From Candidatus Latescibacterota bacterium (GTDB lineage: Bacteria; Latescibacterota; UBA2968; GCA-2709665), in the NCBI GenBank assembly GCA_965203805.1, contig OZ241917.1, positions 384,001 through 448,000 on the forward strand: a DNA stretch of 64,000 nt, given 5' to 3'. How positions within the stretch are numbered: the stretch's first letter is position 1; every line of letters starts with the position of its first letter. Below the pieces are notes generated by a model. The model searched no databases and was not told the origin of the DNA. It worked only from the letters and a program-made list of their open reading frames with translations. Shown one piece after another: positions 21,126 to 32,089 of this stretch. Made by a program: the position numbers and the translations under genes.

Positions 21126-22697
21126 GTGCTTCCTGTGAAGGCCTGTTTTCGACACTATGCCGCCCTTCGGAAGGAGATGGACGCCTGGCTGGCGCAGAGC
21201 CGGCGCATGGATCCGCCCGGGCGGAATCGCGGCGGCGAGGACGAAGCCAATTATGCGCTCGCCTGGTTTCCGCACTATCTGGCGACGGGCAGCCGGGCCT
21301 TGGCGGAACATTTCCAAACGCTCCTGGAACAGCTTGCGGGCTGGGTCCGGCGGGAATGCCTGCACGGATACGAGCCGGTGGCCGAGGCGCACCACGGCAC
21401 CGAACCGTTTCTGCTTTTTCTCCCGCGCTATCTGGGTCTGTTTCCCGGGGACCCGGTGGCGGCGGGACTGCTTTCCGACGCGGCTGAACACATCGGGAAC
21501 TGGGTGGAGGGGGTTCCGGCCTGGTTCGACTGGGACGGAAACCGGTTCTACGGGTACCACATCGGAACACGGACCGTGGGGCGGGACCCGGAGCATGCGG
21601 TGGAACTGGCGGAGCACTTCCGGTTCATTCACATCGCCCTGGCCGCGTATCGCGTATCGAATCAGGAGCGTTATCTGGATTGGGCGTTGCGGTACGGCCG
21701 GCGCCGGGCGGCGATGATCGTGGCCGCGCCCGAAGGCCCGCTGCCATTGATGTGGGGTCCGGACGGCAAACCGCTTGGCGTCGACGGGCACACCGGATCC
21801 CGGCGTCGGATGAGCGGCGCGAGCCACCATATGCCGGGCGATCCGGCCAGGGGCGTGGAGGTGCTGCTGGCTTCCGGCGCGGTAAACGCGCTGGGCGATC
21901 TGTTTCGACAATCCGGCGAGCAGGTCTTTCGCGAAGCGGCGTTTCGGGTCGTCGAGCCGCTCGTCGACATGCTTCACGACCCCTATTGCGATCCCGGCGC
22001 CGCCGCGATTTCCTTCTTCCGCGGCGCATTTGGCGACGACACCCTGGATGGCCGGATCCGGGAAATGGTCGAGCGGTTTCCGGACGTGGAACGCGGCGAA
22101 CTCGTGCTGATGGTGCCGGAGATTTCGAGGATGGTCCAGCCCGGCGTCGGCAAGCGGGCGGATATGCTGCACTGGGGCGTGCAGGCAGGGGGCATGGAGC
22201 GGATTGTTCCAACGCGCGAGCCCTGCACGGCCGCGTTGACGCTTGCCTACCAGATAACCGGCGACGTGTCATTTGCATCGCGGGCATTGAAGCAGGCGAC
22301 GCGGAAGTTGACGGTGGCGCGGCGGGTGTTGCGGGGCGGACGGGAGCACGCGGACATGGGCGGAGCGGTGTGCTCCGTGGCCGCCGGACATGGGCGGAAT
22401 TGGGGTACCGGAGCGGTTACCGGATGCTACGGTCCCCTCTTGCTGGGAGCCGCGGAACGCCTGGGCGCGTTGATGCCCGCGGTGGAGTTCCGCCGGTCTG
22501 ACGGGAAACCCGGATTGCCGGTGCAGGTGGTTTCCCTTGTCGTTCCAGCAGGCCCGTCGACGGGAAACGTCCGGATCTACAACGGCGGTGACGAGGATAT
22601 GGCAATGTCGTGGAGGCGGCCTGGAACGGCGTGGCAGGACGTCTCGATCCCGCCCGGCGGCGAAACAAAGGCGGCACTGGAGGTGTTTACCCGATGA
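21126..22697 (+). CDS. Hypothetical protein (523 aa)
   Basis: Long ORF with host-like codon use; its stop overlaps the next start (ATGA). Confidence 0.75.
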   Translation: MLPVKACFRHYAALRKEMDAWLAQSRRMDPPGRNRGGEDEANYALAWFPHYLATGSRALAEHFQTLLEQLAGWVRRECLHGYEPVAEAHHGTEPFLLFLPRYLGLFPGDPVAAGLLSDAAEHIGNWVEGVPAWFDWDGNRFYGYHIGTRTVGRDPEHAVELAEHFRFIHIALAAYRVSNQERYLDWALRYGRRRAAMIVAAPEGPLPLMWGPDGKPLGVDGHTGSRRRMSGASHHMPGDPARGVEVLLASGAVNALGDLFRQSGEQVFREAAFRVVEPLVDMLHDPYCDPGAAAISFFRGAFGDDTLDGRIREMVERFPDVERGELVLMVPEISRMVQPGVGKRADMLHWGVQAGGMERIVPTREPCTAALTLAYQITGDVSFASRALKQATRKLTVARRVLRGGREHADMGGAVCSVAAGHGRNWGTGAVTGCYGPLLLGAAERLGALMPAVEFRRSDGKPGLPVQVVSLVVPAGPSTGNVRIYNGGDEDMAMSWRRPGTAWQDVSIPPGGETKAALEVFTR

Positions 22698-23674
22698 GAT
22701 ACCGCATGTTGGGACAGACCGGACTGATGGTTTCGGAAATCGGACTCGGCGCCTTTCCGATTTCGGGCATGCAGGCCCGGGCCGATGGCACGACGTTCGG
22801 ATGGACGGGCACGAACGATAACGAATCCATGGCGCTGATCCATCGCTGCGAGGAACTCGGAATCAACCTGATCGATTCCGCGGAGAGCTATGGCGATGGT
22901 CACAGCGAGGTCATTACGGGCAAAGCGCTGCGTGGACGCAGAGACAAATGGATCGTGGCCACCAAAGTCGGGCCGAACGCGGGTATCGATCCAGAAGCGC
23001 GGGATGTGTCGGCGGTCCGGCGTCGGATTACCGAGGCATGCGAGCTCAGCCTCAAGAGGTTGGGGATGGACCACATCGACGTCTACCAGCTGCATGCCGT
23101 ACCGTACGAGTGGGCGATGCCGGCGGTCATGGACGCGCTGGCGAAGCTCCGTCAGGCCGGCAAGGTGCGGTGGTACGGTATTTCGACCAACGATCGGCAG
23201 GCGGTCGAAAGGCTAAGGACGCTGGGGCCCGTACACATGTTGCAGGTGGGCTATAATCTGCTCGAACGAACGGCCGACGGTCTATTGCACTGGGCGAAGG
23301 ACGAGAACATCGGCACGTTGATTCGCGTGCCGCTGGCAAAGGGGCAACTGACAGGCAAGTATTTCGGCCCGGAAGCGCGATCGATTCCGGAAAACGACGT
23401 ACGATACGAACGATTCAACAAACCCGAAACGGTCGACGGGCTGAAACGGTTGCCGCAGTTGCTGTTCCTGCAAAACCGGGCGCGATCCATGGCCCAGGCG
23501 GCACTGCGTTTCGTACTGGACCACCCGGGCGTGTCGTGCGTGATCGCCGGGGCCAGGAACCGCCGGCAGGTGGAGGAGAACGCCGGGACCGTGGAAATGC
23601 CGCCCTTGACCGATGCGGAGCTCGAACGGGCGATCCCGGTCGCGGATACCATCGGTACGCCGGGATGGATTTAG
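22694..23674 (+). CDS. Aldo/keto reductase
   Basis: LGQTGL.VSEIGLG, DSAESYG, ATK, SLKRL..DHIDVYQLH. Confidence 0.93.
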   Translation: MRYRMLGQTGLMVSEIGLGAFPISGMQARADGTTFGWTGTNDNESMALIHRCEELGINLIDSAESYGDGHSEVITGKALRGRRDKWIVATKVGPNAGIDPEARDVSAVRRRITEACELSLKRLGMDHIDVYQLHAVPYEWAMPAVMDALAKLRQAGKVRWYGISTNDRQAVERLRTLGPVHMLQVGYNLLERTADGLLHWAKDENIGTLIRVPLAKGQLTGKYFGPEARSIPENDVRYERFNKPETVDGLKRLPQLLFLQNRARSMAQAALRFVLDHPGVSCVIAGARNRRQVEENAGTVEMPPLTDAELERAIPVADTIGTPGWI

Positions 23675-23687
23675 CTGGAGATCGTAT

Positions 23688-24950
23688 ATGTCGTCTGCGG
23701 TTCGAATTGGCGTTGTGGGTTGCGGGCGGATTCTGAACGCGCATCTGCGCGGGTTCCGAATCCTGCAGGAAAAGGGATTCGGGGATCTCTTCAGGGTAAC
23801 GGCGCTTTGCGCGAGACGAACCGAAGATGCCCTCCGATTTCGAACGCGGGGCGAAGGACCGGGACCCAGGCCGGCGCCGGTGGAGGCCCCGGGCGATCCC
23901 TTGAACGCGCCCCACGCCTATATAAGCGATCTGCATCCCGGGGAGGAAGCGGCGATTTTCACGGATTATCGTGTAATGCTTGAACGCGGGGCGGTCGATG
24001 CGGTGTGCGTCCTGACGGGGCACGACAACCATCACACGATTGCCATCGATGCCATGCGCGCCGGAAAGCATGTCATTGTGGAAAAGCCGATGGCGATTTC
24101 GGTAAGGGCCGCGCAGCGCATGTGTGATGTGGCGTCCGAAACGGACAGGATATTGAGTGTTGCGGAGAACGTGAACTTCAATCCTGCGGTCCGGGCAAGC
24201 GCATGGGCGGTGAGGCATGGATTGATCGGCGAGGTGCAGATGGTCTACCGCGGAGCGATCGGGTTCCGGTCGCACCGGCCGGACCTCGTGGCCGCGCGAA
24301 CCCCCTGGAGGCAATCGAAACTGGGCGCGGGCGGCGGCGTGTCCATCGATCTGGGCGTGCATCTCTTCAACGGCGTTCGGACGACTTGCGGACCGGTGCA
24401 GTCGGTGCAGGCCGTGTGGCGGATTCTGGAGCCCGTAAGGGTGCTGATGTCGGACGACGACCGCAGGGTCTCTCACGAGGTGGAGAACCAGGTGGACGAC
24501 GTGTTCTTCACGAATTTCAGGTTTGCGAACGGCGCCATCGGGCATATGGCGGTGGCCAGAAGCGCGAGGGGAACGCAGATCGGGGTGCCGGGAGGAACGA
24601 ACGTATTCGGGAGCGAGGGGGCATTGTCCGACGGAAAGGTCTTCAGCGGGGATGGGGAGGCAGAAGACGTTCTGGATCGATTCAGGCGGGAAGCCCCGGA
24701 GAGGGACCGGGAAGAAGCGATGCCCGCGGGGATCACGGACGCGTTTGCGCTGGAAAACCTGGACTGGCTTCGGGCGATACGCGACGGATCGCCGGTGCGG
24801 ATGTCCGGGGAGGAGGGGACGATCGATCTGGCGCTGAGCTACGCCATCCTGGAGTCGGGGCTGCTGGGCCGCGAAGTGACGCTGGACGAGATGTTGACCG
24901 GAAAGGTGGACGGCTACCAGAAGCCGATCAACGCGCACTACGGGTTGTAG
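23688..24950 (+). CDS. Gfo/Idh/MocA oxidoreductase
   Basis: GVVGCG, EKP, DLGVH. Confidence 0.9.
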   Translation: MSSAVRIGVVGCGRILNAHLRGFRILQEKGFGDLFRVTALCARRTEDALRFRTRGEGPGPRPAPVEAPGDPLNAPHAYISDLHPGEEAAIFTDYRVMLERGAVDAVCVLTGHDNHHTIAIDAMRAGKHVIVEKPMAISVRAAQRMCDVASETDRILSVAENVNFNPAVRASAWAVRHGLIGEVQMVYRGAIGFRSHRPDLVAARTPWRQSKLGAGGGVSIDLGVHLFNGVRTTCGPVQSVQAVWRILEPVRVLMSDDDRRVSHEVENQVDDVFFTNFRFANGAIGHMAVARSARGTQIGVPGGTNVFGSEGALSDGKVFSGDGEAEDVLDRFRREAPERDREEAMPAGITDAFALENLDWLRAIRDGSPVRMSGEEGTIDLALSYAILESGLLGREVTLDEMLTGKVDGYQKPINAHYGL

Positions 24951-24970
24951 TGTGAACGTCTCAAATGGCG

Positions 24971-24992
24971 AGGCCTTCGCGAGGCCTTTTTG
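24971..24992 (+). terminator. Rho-independent terminator
   Basis: AGGCCTT-CGC-GAGGCCT stem followed by a T-run, between convergent genes. Confidence 0.6.
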
Positions 24993-25020
24993 TCTGCGTG
25001 TGCTGAAGGCAGAACGATGT

Positions 25021-25308
25021 TTATTGCCTCGACACGGCGATGACGACTGAAATTGCCGTGCCGACGTTGGCCAGTAGAACCGTAATCAGCAGACCGACAA
25101 TCCACCTGAAATTGCTGGCTTGTCGATTTTCCATACTGGTGAAGCGGTTGTCCATGTTGTTCAAGCGGCTGTCCACGTCGCTCAAGCGGCTGTCGAAGCG
25201 CGTCTCAAGGCTGGTCAAACGGCTTTCGATGCTGCCCAATCGCTCGTTGATTTGCGCCTGAACAGCCTCAAGAGAAGCAACGCGGGTTTCGAGGCTCGGA
25301 ATCTGCAT
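25021..25308 (-). CDS. Small coiled-coil protein with C-terminal TM helix (DUF1640/XhlA-like architecture)
   Basis: Heptad repeats, 21-bp DNA periodicity at 25142-25222, FRWIVGLL TM segment, GGAGA SD. Confidence 0.7.
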   Translation of the reverse strand: MQIPSLETRVASLEAVQAQINERLGSIESRLTSLETRFDSRLSDVDSRLNNMDNRFTSMENRQASNFRWIVGLLITVLLANVGTAISVVIAVSRQ

Positions 25309-25401
25309 GGTGTTTCTCCCTTCGCACGGTGGTAAGCGCGCCGCTTGCCATCCTTACTCCATACAGACGTAAATATACTGAATATCCGCTGATCTGCCAT
25401 A

Positions 25402-25488
25402 ATGAAAAATCAGACACCAGAGATTGCCACAATCCCTGTTATTGACCTATTTGCCGGGCCAGGTGTTCTTCCGATCCAACTTGCATAG
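25402..25488 (+). pseudogene. N-terminal stub of a C5 DNA cytosine methyltransferase
   Basis: MKNQTPEIATIPVIDLFAGPG followed by unrelated residues and a stop; DLFAG.G is motif I. Confidence 0.6.
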
Positions 25489-25872
25489 AGAGTCGTGGTC
25501 AGGGTCCTGATTCGTGTAATTTGGGCGCCTGTCATGCGTGTGCTCTTCTGCCTGAAACTTCCTGTGAGGAGGGAAACCGTCTGCTGGACAGGGCGATGGT
25601 AGTTGGGTTACCGGAACAACCTGAGTTGGGGTTCTTCTCAGACTATCTGCGTAGCCTTTCGTGAACAGATGAGGTCGATTTCCCGAGAGAGAGTCTTACT
25701 CCATGTGGTCCCGCACGCCGCACGGGCTCTGATAGGTTGACTACCTTGCGCACGACACCCGAGACAGCAATAGCGGGATTCAGTCGGCTGTATGAGAATG
25801 TGATTATTGTATAGGGTAAGATGAAGTAAGACGCAAACAAGAGCGCAAAATGATACGCAATTACCGCGACAG

Positions 25873-25900
25873 CCCACCTGCCACGGAGCGGGTGGGTTTT
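25873..25900. terminator. Terminator-like hairpin
   Basis: CCCACCTGC-loop-GCGGGTGGG-TTTT, just past the DUF1080 stop. Confidence 0.5.
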
Positions 25901-25913
25901 CTGTTGGGATGGG

Positions 25914-26492
25914 TCAGCGTTTTTCGATGACGATGTTGCGGAACCAGATCCGGCTGTTGTGGTCCTGCAGGCCGATGTACCCGGTTTCGGTCATTTCGCA
26001 ATACGCGCGGTTGAATTTGTTGGGCGTGCCGTCCGGGTTCCGTCCCGGTGTGGTCCACCCTGCGAGGTTCATTTCGGTGACTTGTTCGCCGTTCAAAGTG
26101 ACCCGGATGTCATTGTCCACGGCGTAAATCTCCATGTCATTCCACTCGCCCGCGGGTTTGCAGGCGTTGTGCGTGGGGGCCTGTACATCATACACCGCGC
26201 CGCAGCATTTCGTGGTTGCGGGTTCCCGTCCGTGCGTATCCAGGATCTGAATTTCAATGCCGGTCTGCACGGGGTCGTCCAGATCGGTCCATCGGAAGAA
26301 CACGCCGCTGTTGGCCCCGGATGGGTGCCTGAACTCCAGCGATAGCTCGAAATCCCTGAACAGGTCGTCCGTATAATACAGGTAGTCTCCCTTTTCCGCG
26401 GTGCAGAAGATACACCCTTGATCAATCGTCCAGCCATCGGGATTGCCTGTGGCTGCCCAGCCGTCGAGGGTTCTACCGTCGAATAGTTGCAT
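25914..26492 (-). CDS. DUF1080 / 3-keto-disaccharide hydrolase family
   Basis: LFDG.TLDGW, NSGVFF, EIQILD, GEWN, GYIGLQDH, FRNI. Confidence 0.9.
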   Translation of the reverse strand: MQLFDGRTLDGWAATGNPDGWTIDQGCIFCTAEKGDYLYYTDDLFRDFELSLEFRHPSGANSGVFFRWTDLDDPVQTGIEIQILDTHGREPATTKCCGAVYDVQAPTHNACKPAGEWNDMEIYAVDNDIRVTLNGEQVTEMNLAGWTTPGRNPDGTPNKFNRAYCEMTETGYIGLQDHNSRIWFRNIVIEKR

Positions 26493-26649
26493 GGATCGTC
26501 CTTTCTGAGAAACTGAATCGGAGATCTTGCACCGGAGTGAGCGCCGGTCCGGCAGCGACGGCTGCGCGAACGCGGAACCATTACGCGGCAATATCGGTTA
26601 AATTGGACAGAAAATAAAGTGAAAGTCACACACTTCGGGAGGGAACCTC

Positions 26650-27951
26650 ATGGTCAGGCAATTCACGTGCGTGATGTGTTTTCTGACGCTTTTCCCGCTC
26701 TGCATTTACGCAGATAACTGGCCCGAGTGGCGCGGGCCGCGGCAGAACGGGGTGAGTTCCGCCCGGAATCTCCCCACGTCATGGAGCCTTGAAGAGAATA
26801 TCGTCTGGAAGGCCGGATTGCCTTCGTGGAGCGGCAGCACACCCGTTATATGGGAAGACCGCATCTTCCTCACGTCGCCGTCGCCTGCTCAAAGGCCTGA
26901 GGAGCGGGAACCGGGCGGGCCCGAGATATACATCCTGTGTCTTTCGAGGAAAGACGGCAATGAGCAATGGCGGTACAAACTGGGCGATGGCAACGTATTG
27001 TGGCGCAAACACAACAGCACGTCCCCCTCTCCGGTCACCGATGGCGCGCACGTGTGGGTGGTCACCGGAAACGGGGTGGTGACGTGCCTCGATATGGACG
27101 GAAAGCCGATCTGGACGCGCGATATTCAAAAGGACTACGGAGATTTCGGTCTGAATTTCGGGTATGCGTCGTCACCGATCCTGCATGATGGCAAGCTCGT
27201 CCTGCAGGTGCTTCACGGATCGTACACGGATGATCCCTCGTATATCGTCGCGCTGGACGCCGCCAGCGGAAGGGAAGTCTGGCGCGAAGCGCGCGCGACC
27301 GATGCGGTGCGGGAGTCTCCCGATTCGTACACGACCCCCGCGCTGCTGGAGCACGACGGCGGGACCCAGATCGTCATTACAGGCGGGGATTGCGTGACGG
27401 GGCACGATCCGGCTACGGGGCGTGAAGCCTGGCGGGCATACGGGTTGAATCCCGAGCGCAGGGGCAATTATCGGATCGTGGCGTCGCCCGTGGTGGTCGA
27501 CGGGATGATTTACGCGCCGACCCGGCGGCGCCCCCTGCTGGCCCTGGCTGCCGGCGGGACCGGAGACGTTTCACGGAACGTGAAGTGGAAGTGGGAAGGC
27601 GCCGGCGCGCCGGATGTGCCCACGCCGGTCTGTGACGGGAAGTACTTTTACATGGTGGATGACCGAGGTCTGGCGACATGTCTCGACGCGAAGACCGGCG
27701 CCGTCGTCTGGGGACCGGAGAGGACGGCGCAGGGCATCGTGAGCGCGTCGCCTCATCTCGCCGACGGCAAGCTGTTTCTGCTGAACGAATACGCCGTGAC
27801 GACCGTGCTGGCCGCCGGTCCCGAGTTCAAGGTCCTGGCGACCAATGAACTGGACGATACCTACACGCTTTCATCGCCGGTGTCCGCGGGATCCCGGCTC
27901 TTTATACGGACGGCGACGCACTTGTATTGTATCGGGCATAAGACCGAGTAA
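26650..27951 (+). CDS. PQQ-like beta-propeller protein
   Basis: Signal peptide, NWPEWRGP, repeated SP/TP...G...W blades. Confidence 0.88.
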   Translation: MVRQFTCVMCFLTLFPLCIYADNWPEWRGPRQNGVSSARNLPTSWSLEENIVWKAGLPSWSGSTPVIWEDRIFLTSPSPAQRPEEREPGGPEIYILCLSRKDGNEQWRYKLGDGNVLWRKHNSTSPSPVTDGAHVWVVTGNGVVTCLDMDGKPIWTRDIQKDYGDFGLNFGYASSPILHDGKLVLQVLHGSYTDDPSYIVALDAASGREVWREARATDAVRESPDSYTTPALLEHDGGTQIVITGGDCVTGHDPATGREAWRAYGLNPERRGNYRIVASPVVVDGMIYAPTRRRPLLALAAGGTGDVSRNVKWKWEGAGAPDVPTPVCDGKYFYMVDDRGLATCLDAKTGAVVWGPERTAQGIVSASPHLADGKLFLLNEYAVTTVLAAGPEFKVLATNELDDTYTLSSPVSAGSRLFIRTATHLYCIGHKTE

Positions 27952-27983
27952 GAAAGGGGCATCGTTGCGAATTAGGATAGCCG

Positions 27984-28011
27984 TTGACACGTTGATGCAG
28001 AATCATATATT
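27984..28011 (+). promoter_or_regulatory. Sigma70-type promoter
   Basis: TTGACA-16 bp-TATATT upstream of 28134. Confidence 0.45.
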
Positions 28012-28133
28012 GATGCGGTTTGCGACGTGCCGTACGGATAACAGGTTGCCTGCATCGTCGGCAGATTGGCGGGGTATGTTCGGGACAGGGCGCCGATGCG
28101 GATTCGAACACGGAATTGTAAAAGGGGGAATCT

Positions 28134-29297
28134 ATGAAACTGAATATCGGCCTTCTGGGATATTCGTTCATGGGCAAGGCGCACAGTAACGCGTTCCGGA
28201 AGGTCCCGATGTTTTTCCCGGATACGGGCGTCGAGCCGGTGATGAAGGTGATTTGCGGTTCCAACCGGGAGAACGTAGCTGAAGCGGCGCGCACGTTCGA
28301 CTGGGAGGAGTACCATACGAACTGGGAGGACGTGGTCGCCCGCGACGACATCGACGTGATCGATATCTGCACGCCCGGAAACCTGCATATGCCGATGGCG
28401 ATCGCCGCCCTGGAGGCCGGGAAGCACGTCATCTGCGAAAAGCCGCTTGCGAATAATCTGGACGAGGCCAGGGCCATGCTGAGGGCCGCCGAGAACTCCC
28501 GCGGGAAGACCATGGTCGCGTACAACTACCGGCGCGTGCCGGCCGTGGCCCTCGCGAGACAGTTGATCGAGGAGGGGAGAATCGGGGAAATCTACCACTG
28601 GCGGGCGGTGTACCTGCAGGACTGGATCATCGATCCCGGCTTCCCGATGGTGTGGCGATTCGAGAAGGACAAGGCGGGTTCAGGGCCGCACGGAGATTTG
28701 AATGCGCATATCGTCGATCTGGCGCTGCATCTGGTGGGGGATATCGATTCCGTCGTCGGGGCCGACACCACGTTTATCAGGAAACGCCCGCTGGCGGAGT
28801 CCATCGATGCCTCACTGGGCGCCACGGGAAGCGCGTCCGAACGCATGGGAACCGTTACCGTGGACGATGCAACCCTGTTCCTGGCGCGATTCCGGAACGG
28901 TGCGCTGGGGTCGTTCGAAGCCACCCGGTTTGCGGCCGGCAGGCGCAACCACAACCGGTTTGAAATCAATGGAAGCAAGGGCAGCGTGGCGTTCAACCTG
29001 GAAAAGATGAACGAGTTGCAGTTCTATTCCCGGGAGGACGAGGGGCACATTCAGGGATTCCGTGAAATCATCGTGAACGAAGGCGAGCATCCGTACATAT
29101 CGGCCTGGTGGCCGCCGGGCCATATCATCGGGTGGGAGCATACGTTTGTACATGAGGTCAAGGACTTTTTCGAAGCGATCGCCAACGACCGGGAGGCGTC
29201 GCCGAATTTCAGGGAAGGCGCAAGGGTCCAGGCGGTGCTGGAAGCGACGAGCGATTCGGCGCGATCGGACCGGTGGCGGGACGTCCCGGAAGTGTAA
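28134..29297 (+). CDS. Gfo/Idh/MocA oxidoreductase
   Basis: [33 protein letters not shown]. Confidence 0.93.
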   Translation: MKLNIGLLGYSFMGKAHSNAFRKVPMFFPDTGVEPVMKVICGSNRENVAEAARTFDWEEYHTNWEDVVARDDIDVIDICTPGNLHMPMAIAALEAGKHVICEKPLANNLDEARAMLRAAENSRGKTMVAYNYRRVPAVALARQLIEEGRIGEIYHWRAVYLQDWIIDPGFPMVWRFEKDKAGSGPHGDLNAHIVDLALHLVGDIDSVVGADTTFIRKRPLAESIDASLGATGSASERMGTVTVDDATLFLARFRNGALGSFEATRFAAGRRNHNRFEINGSKGSVAFNLEKMNELQFYSREDEGHIQGFREIIVNEGEHPYISAWWPPGHIIGWEHTFVHEVKDFFEAIANDREASPNFREGARVQAVLEATSDSARSDRWRDVPEV

Positions 29298-29365
29298 CCT
29301 GCTCCGCCCGCCCGGACGCATTGCATCGGAGGCGGGGCCGGGAGCATCTGGAAGGAGTTACGGTT

Positions 29366-30364
29366 ATGGCAAGGCCCTGTACATTGTTCACCGGTCAGTG
29401 GGCGGATCTCCCCCTGGAGGTGATGGCGGAGAAAGCGGCCGAATTCGGATACGACGGTCTGGAGCTGGCCTGCTGGGGAGACCATCTCGACGTTCGTGAG
29501 GCGGCCTCCAGCGATGGATATTGCCGGAGCCGGCACGAAATACTGGAAAAGCACGGGCTGAAGTTCTGGGCGATCAGCAATCATCTCAGCGGGCAGGCGG
29601 TATGCGACAATATCGACGAACGCCACCAGGCGATTCTGCCGCCGCACGTGTGGGGGAACGGGAATCCGGACGACGTGAAACGGCGGGCGGCCGAGGATAT
29701 GATGACGGCGGCCGAGGCAGCGAGGGCGCTCGGGGTGCGCGTGGTCAACGGCTTCACCGGGTCGTCCATCTGGCACTTGCTCTATTCGTTCCCTCCGGTG
29801 GGTCCCGATGCGATCGATGCGGGATTCAGGGATTTCGCGGATCGATGGAATCCCATTCTCGACGCATTCGAAAAGAACGACGTACGGTTTGCCCTGGAAG
29901 TGCATCCCACGGAAATCGCGTTCGATGTCTCATCCGCCGCGCGGGCGGTACAGGCGCTGGGAGGAAGAAGCGAGTTCGGATTCAACTACGATCCCAGCCA
30001 TCTGGTCTATCAGAACGTGGATTACGTGGCGTTCATCCGGGAATTCAGTGATCGCATCTACCATGTGCACATGAAAGACGCGTATCTTTCGCCTCTGCCC
30101 ACGCGAGCGGGAGTATTCGGCGGGCACACCGAGTTCGGCGACCCCGATCGTTCGTGGGATTTCCGGTCCCTGGGCCGCGGCAGCGTGGACTTTGAAGAAA
30201 TCATCCGCGCGTTGAACGACATTGGCTACGGCGGGCCCCTTTCCGTAGAGTGGGAAGATTCCGGAATGGACCGGGAACACGGGGCCGCCGAGGCTTGCGC
30301 CTTCGTAAACAGCGTGGATTTCGAACCGTCCGCCGTGGCATTCGACGCGGCTTTTGCCGAATAG
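29366..30364 (+). CDS. Sugar phosphate isomerase/epimerase
   Basis: [30 protein letters not shown]. Confidence 0.92.
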   Translation: MARPCTLFTGQWADLPLEVMAEKAAEFGYDGLELACWGDHLDVREAASSDGYCRSRHEILEKHGLKFWAISNHLSGQAVCDNIDERHQAILPPHVWGNGNPDDVKRRAAEDMMTAAEAARALGVRVVNGFTGSSIWHLLYSFPPVGPDAIDAGFRDFADRWNPILDAFEKNDVRFALEVHPTEIAFDVSSAARAVQALGGRSEFGFNYDPSHLVYQNVDYVAFIREFSDRIYHVHMKDAYLSPLPTRAGVFGGHTEFGDPDRSWDFRSLGRGSVDFEEIIRALNDIGYGGPLSVEWEDSGMDREHGAAEACAFVNSVDFEPSAVAFDAAFAE

Positions 30365-30393
30365 GTACCGGACGTTTACCACACGTGACGCTC

Positions 30394-30436
30394 GCGGTCG
30401 GCAGGGCGTGTCATAGGGCCTGCCGACCGCTCTTTC
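30394..30436 (+). terminator. Stem-loop / terminator
   Basis: GCGGTCGGCAGG...CCTGCCGACCGC perfect 12-bp stem followed by TCTTTC. Confidence 0.5.
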
Positions 30437-30452
30437 GTACGGAGACTTTATT

Positions 30453-32015
30453 ATGCGGATGTTTGTCGTTCTGCTGATTCTGTTATCGACCCTGATCGCC
30501 TGCGTTGAAGAGCGCCCCCGAACCCTGGTATTCGGAAGGGGCGGTGATACCGTGGGTCTGGATCCCGCGCTCGAGACAGACGGCGAGTCATTCAAGGTAT
30601 GCGACAATATATACGATAACCTTGTCACGTTTCAGCCGGGAACTACGGAACTGGCGCCGGGTCTCGCGGAAGCGTGGAAGGTTTCGGAAGACCTCAGGAC
30701 GTGGACGTTTCAACTCAGGAAGAACGTGAGGTTCCACGACGGTACCCCGTTCAACGCGGACGCGGTGGTCTTTTCGCTCGCCCGGCAGTTCAGACCCGAC
30801 CATCCGTTTCATCACGTCGAGGGCGCGTATCAGTATTGGAACAGCATGTCGATGAGCGACATTGTCAGCGACGTAAAGAGGGTGGACGACCACACGGTCG
30901 CCATTGAGCTGTCCCGTCCGAATGCGCCGTTTCTGTCGAATCTCGCCATGAATTTCTGTGGCATCGTCAGTCCCTCCGCCGTACGGAAACACGGCGCCGA
31001 CTTTCCCCGGCACCCCGTGGGCACCGGTCCGTTTCGGTTCGTTCAATGGATCAAGGACGACCGTGTGGTGCTGGAGCGATTTGCCGACTACTGGGGCGAT
31101 GCGCCGCAGATCGACCGGTTGATTTTCAGAAGCATTCCGGAAAATTCCGTGCGTCTGATTGCCCTCATCCAGGGTTCGATTGACGGAATGGATCACCTCG
31201 TGCCCGATTTCATCCCGAATATCGAAGGGCATCCGGAGCTTCGGCTTCTGACTCAGCCGGGGATGAACGTGGGGTACCTGGCAATGAACATGGACCGGGC
31301 CCCGTTCCATCTCTTAAAGGTGCGGCGTGCGGTGAACCACGCCATCAACAAACAGGCGCTGGTGGATAATCTGTACCAGGGTCTGGCGCTGCCCGCGGTG
31401 AATCCGATTCCGCCGTCGATGTGGAGCTATCACGAAGGCATCGACGGCTACGCCTACGATCCCGAACGCGCGCGCGAGCTGCTGGAAGACGCCGGATACG
31501 CGGAAGGATTCAAGACGACGCTGTGGGCCATGCCCGTGCCGCGCCCTTATATGCCGCAGCCCAGGAAAATAGCCCAGGCCATCCAGGCCGACCTGCAGGC
31601 GGTGGGTATAGAGGCGGAAATCGTGAGTTACGAATGGGGAACCTATCTGGACAAGGTTTCGCGAGGTCAGCATGATATGGCGCTTCTGGGCTGGACCGGA
31701 GACAACGGCGACCCGGACAACTTTCTTTACGTCCTTCTGGACAAGAGCGCCGCGCAACATCCCGCCAACAACATCGCGTTCTACCGCAGCGACGAACTGC
31801 ATGACGTGCTTGTGCAGGCGCAGAGGGAAGTCGACGTCGACGTCAGGACCGGGCTTTACCGCAAGGCGCAGGAGATCGTCTTCCACGATGCGCCCTGGGC
31901 ACCCCTCGTGCACGCGGCCCAGACCGCCGCTTTCAAGAAGACGGTGACCGGCTTCACCCTGCATCCCACCGGAAGCAAGTGGTTCCAGCACGTTCGTATT
32001 GAGCAGGCGGACTGA
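30453..32015 (+). CDS. dppA: Dipeptide ABC transporter substrate-binding lipoprotein
   Basis: Lipobox LIAC, PGLAE.W, FHDG.PFNA, PVGTGPF, MPVPRPY, GWTGDNGDPDNF. Confidence 0.92.
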   Translation: MRMFVVLLILLSTLIACVEERPRTLVFGRGGDTVGLDPALETDGESFKVCDNIYDNLVTFQPGTTELAPGLAEAWKVSEDLRTWTFQLRKNVRFHDGTPFNADAVVFSLARQFRPDHPFHHVEGAYQYWNSMSMSDIVSDVKRVDDHTVAIELSRPNAPFLSNLAMNFCGIVSPSAVRKHGADFPRHPVGTGPFRFVQWIKDDRVVLERFADYWGDAPQIDRLIFRSIPENSVRLIALIQGSIDGMDHLVPDFIPNIEGHPELRLLTQPGMNVGYLAMNMDRAPFHLLKVRRAVNHAINKQALVDNLYQGLALPAVNPIPPSMWSYHEGIDGYAYDPERARELLEDAGYAEGFKTTLWAMPVPRPYMPQPRKIAQAIQADLQAVGIEAEIVSYEWGTYLDKVSRGQHDMALLGWTGDNGDPDNFLYVLLDKSAAQHPANNIAFYRSDELHDVLVQAQREVDVDVRTGLYRKAQEIVFHDAPWAPLVHAAQTAAFKKTVTGFTLHPTGSKWFQHVRIEQAD

Positions 32016-32089
32016 AGGTGCCGCCGGAAGCCGCCGCCGGAAGCTGCGGAAAACGGCACGATCCTGAACATATCGAGGCCACGCGCGCC

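Noticed and set aside
25635-25745. Minus-strand GACT...AGATAGTC resembling a group I intron P7, or an IS200/IS605-associated RNA
   Set aside because: Pairing is imperfect, other core elements are not recognisable, and there is no host gene or TnpB/IscB ORF
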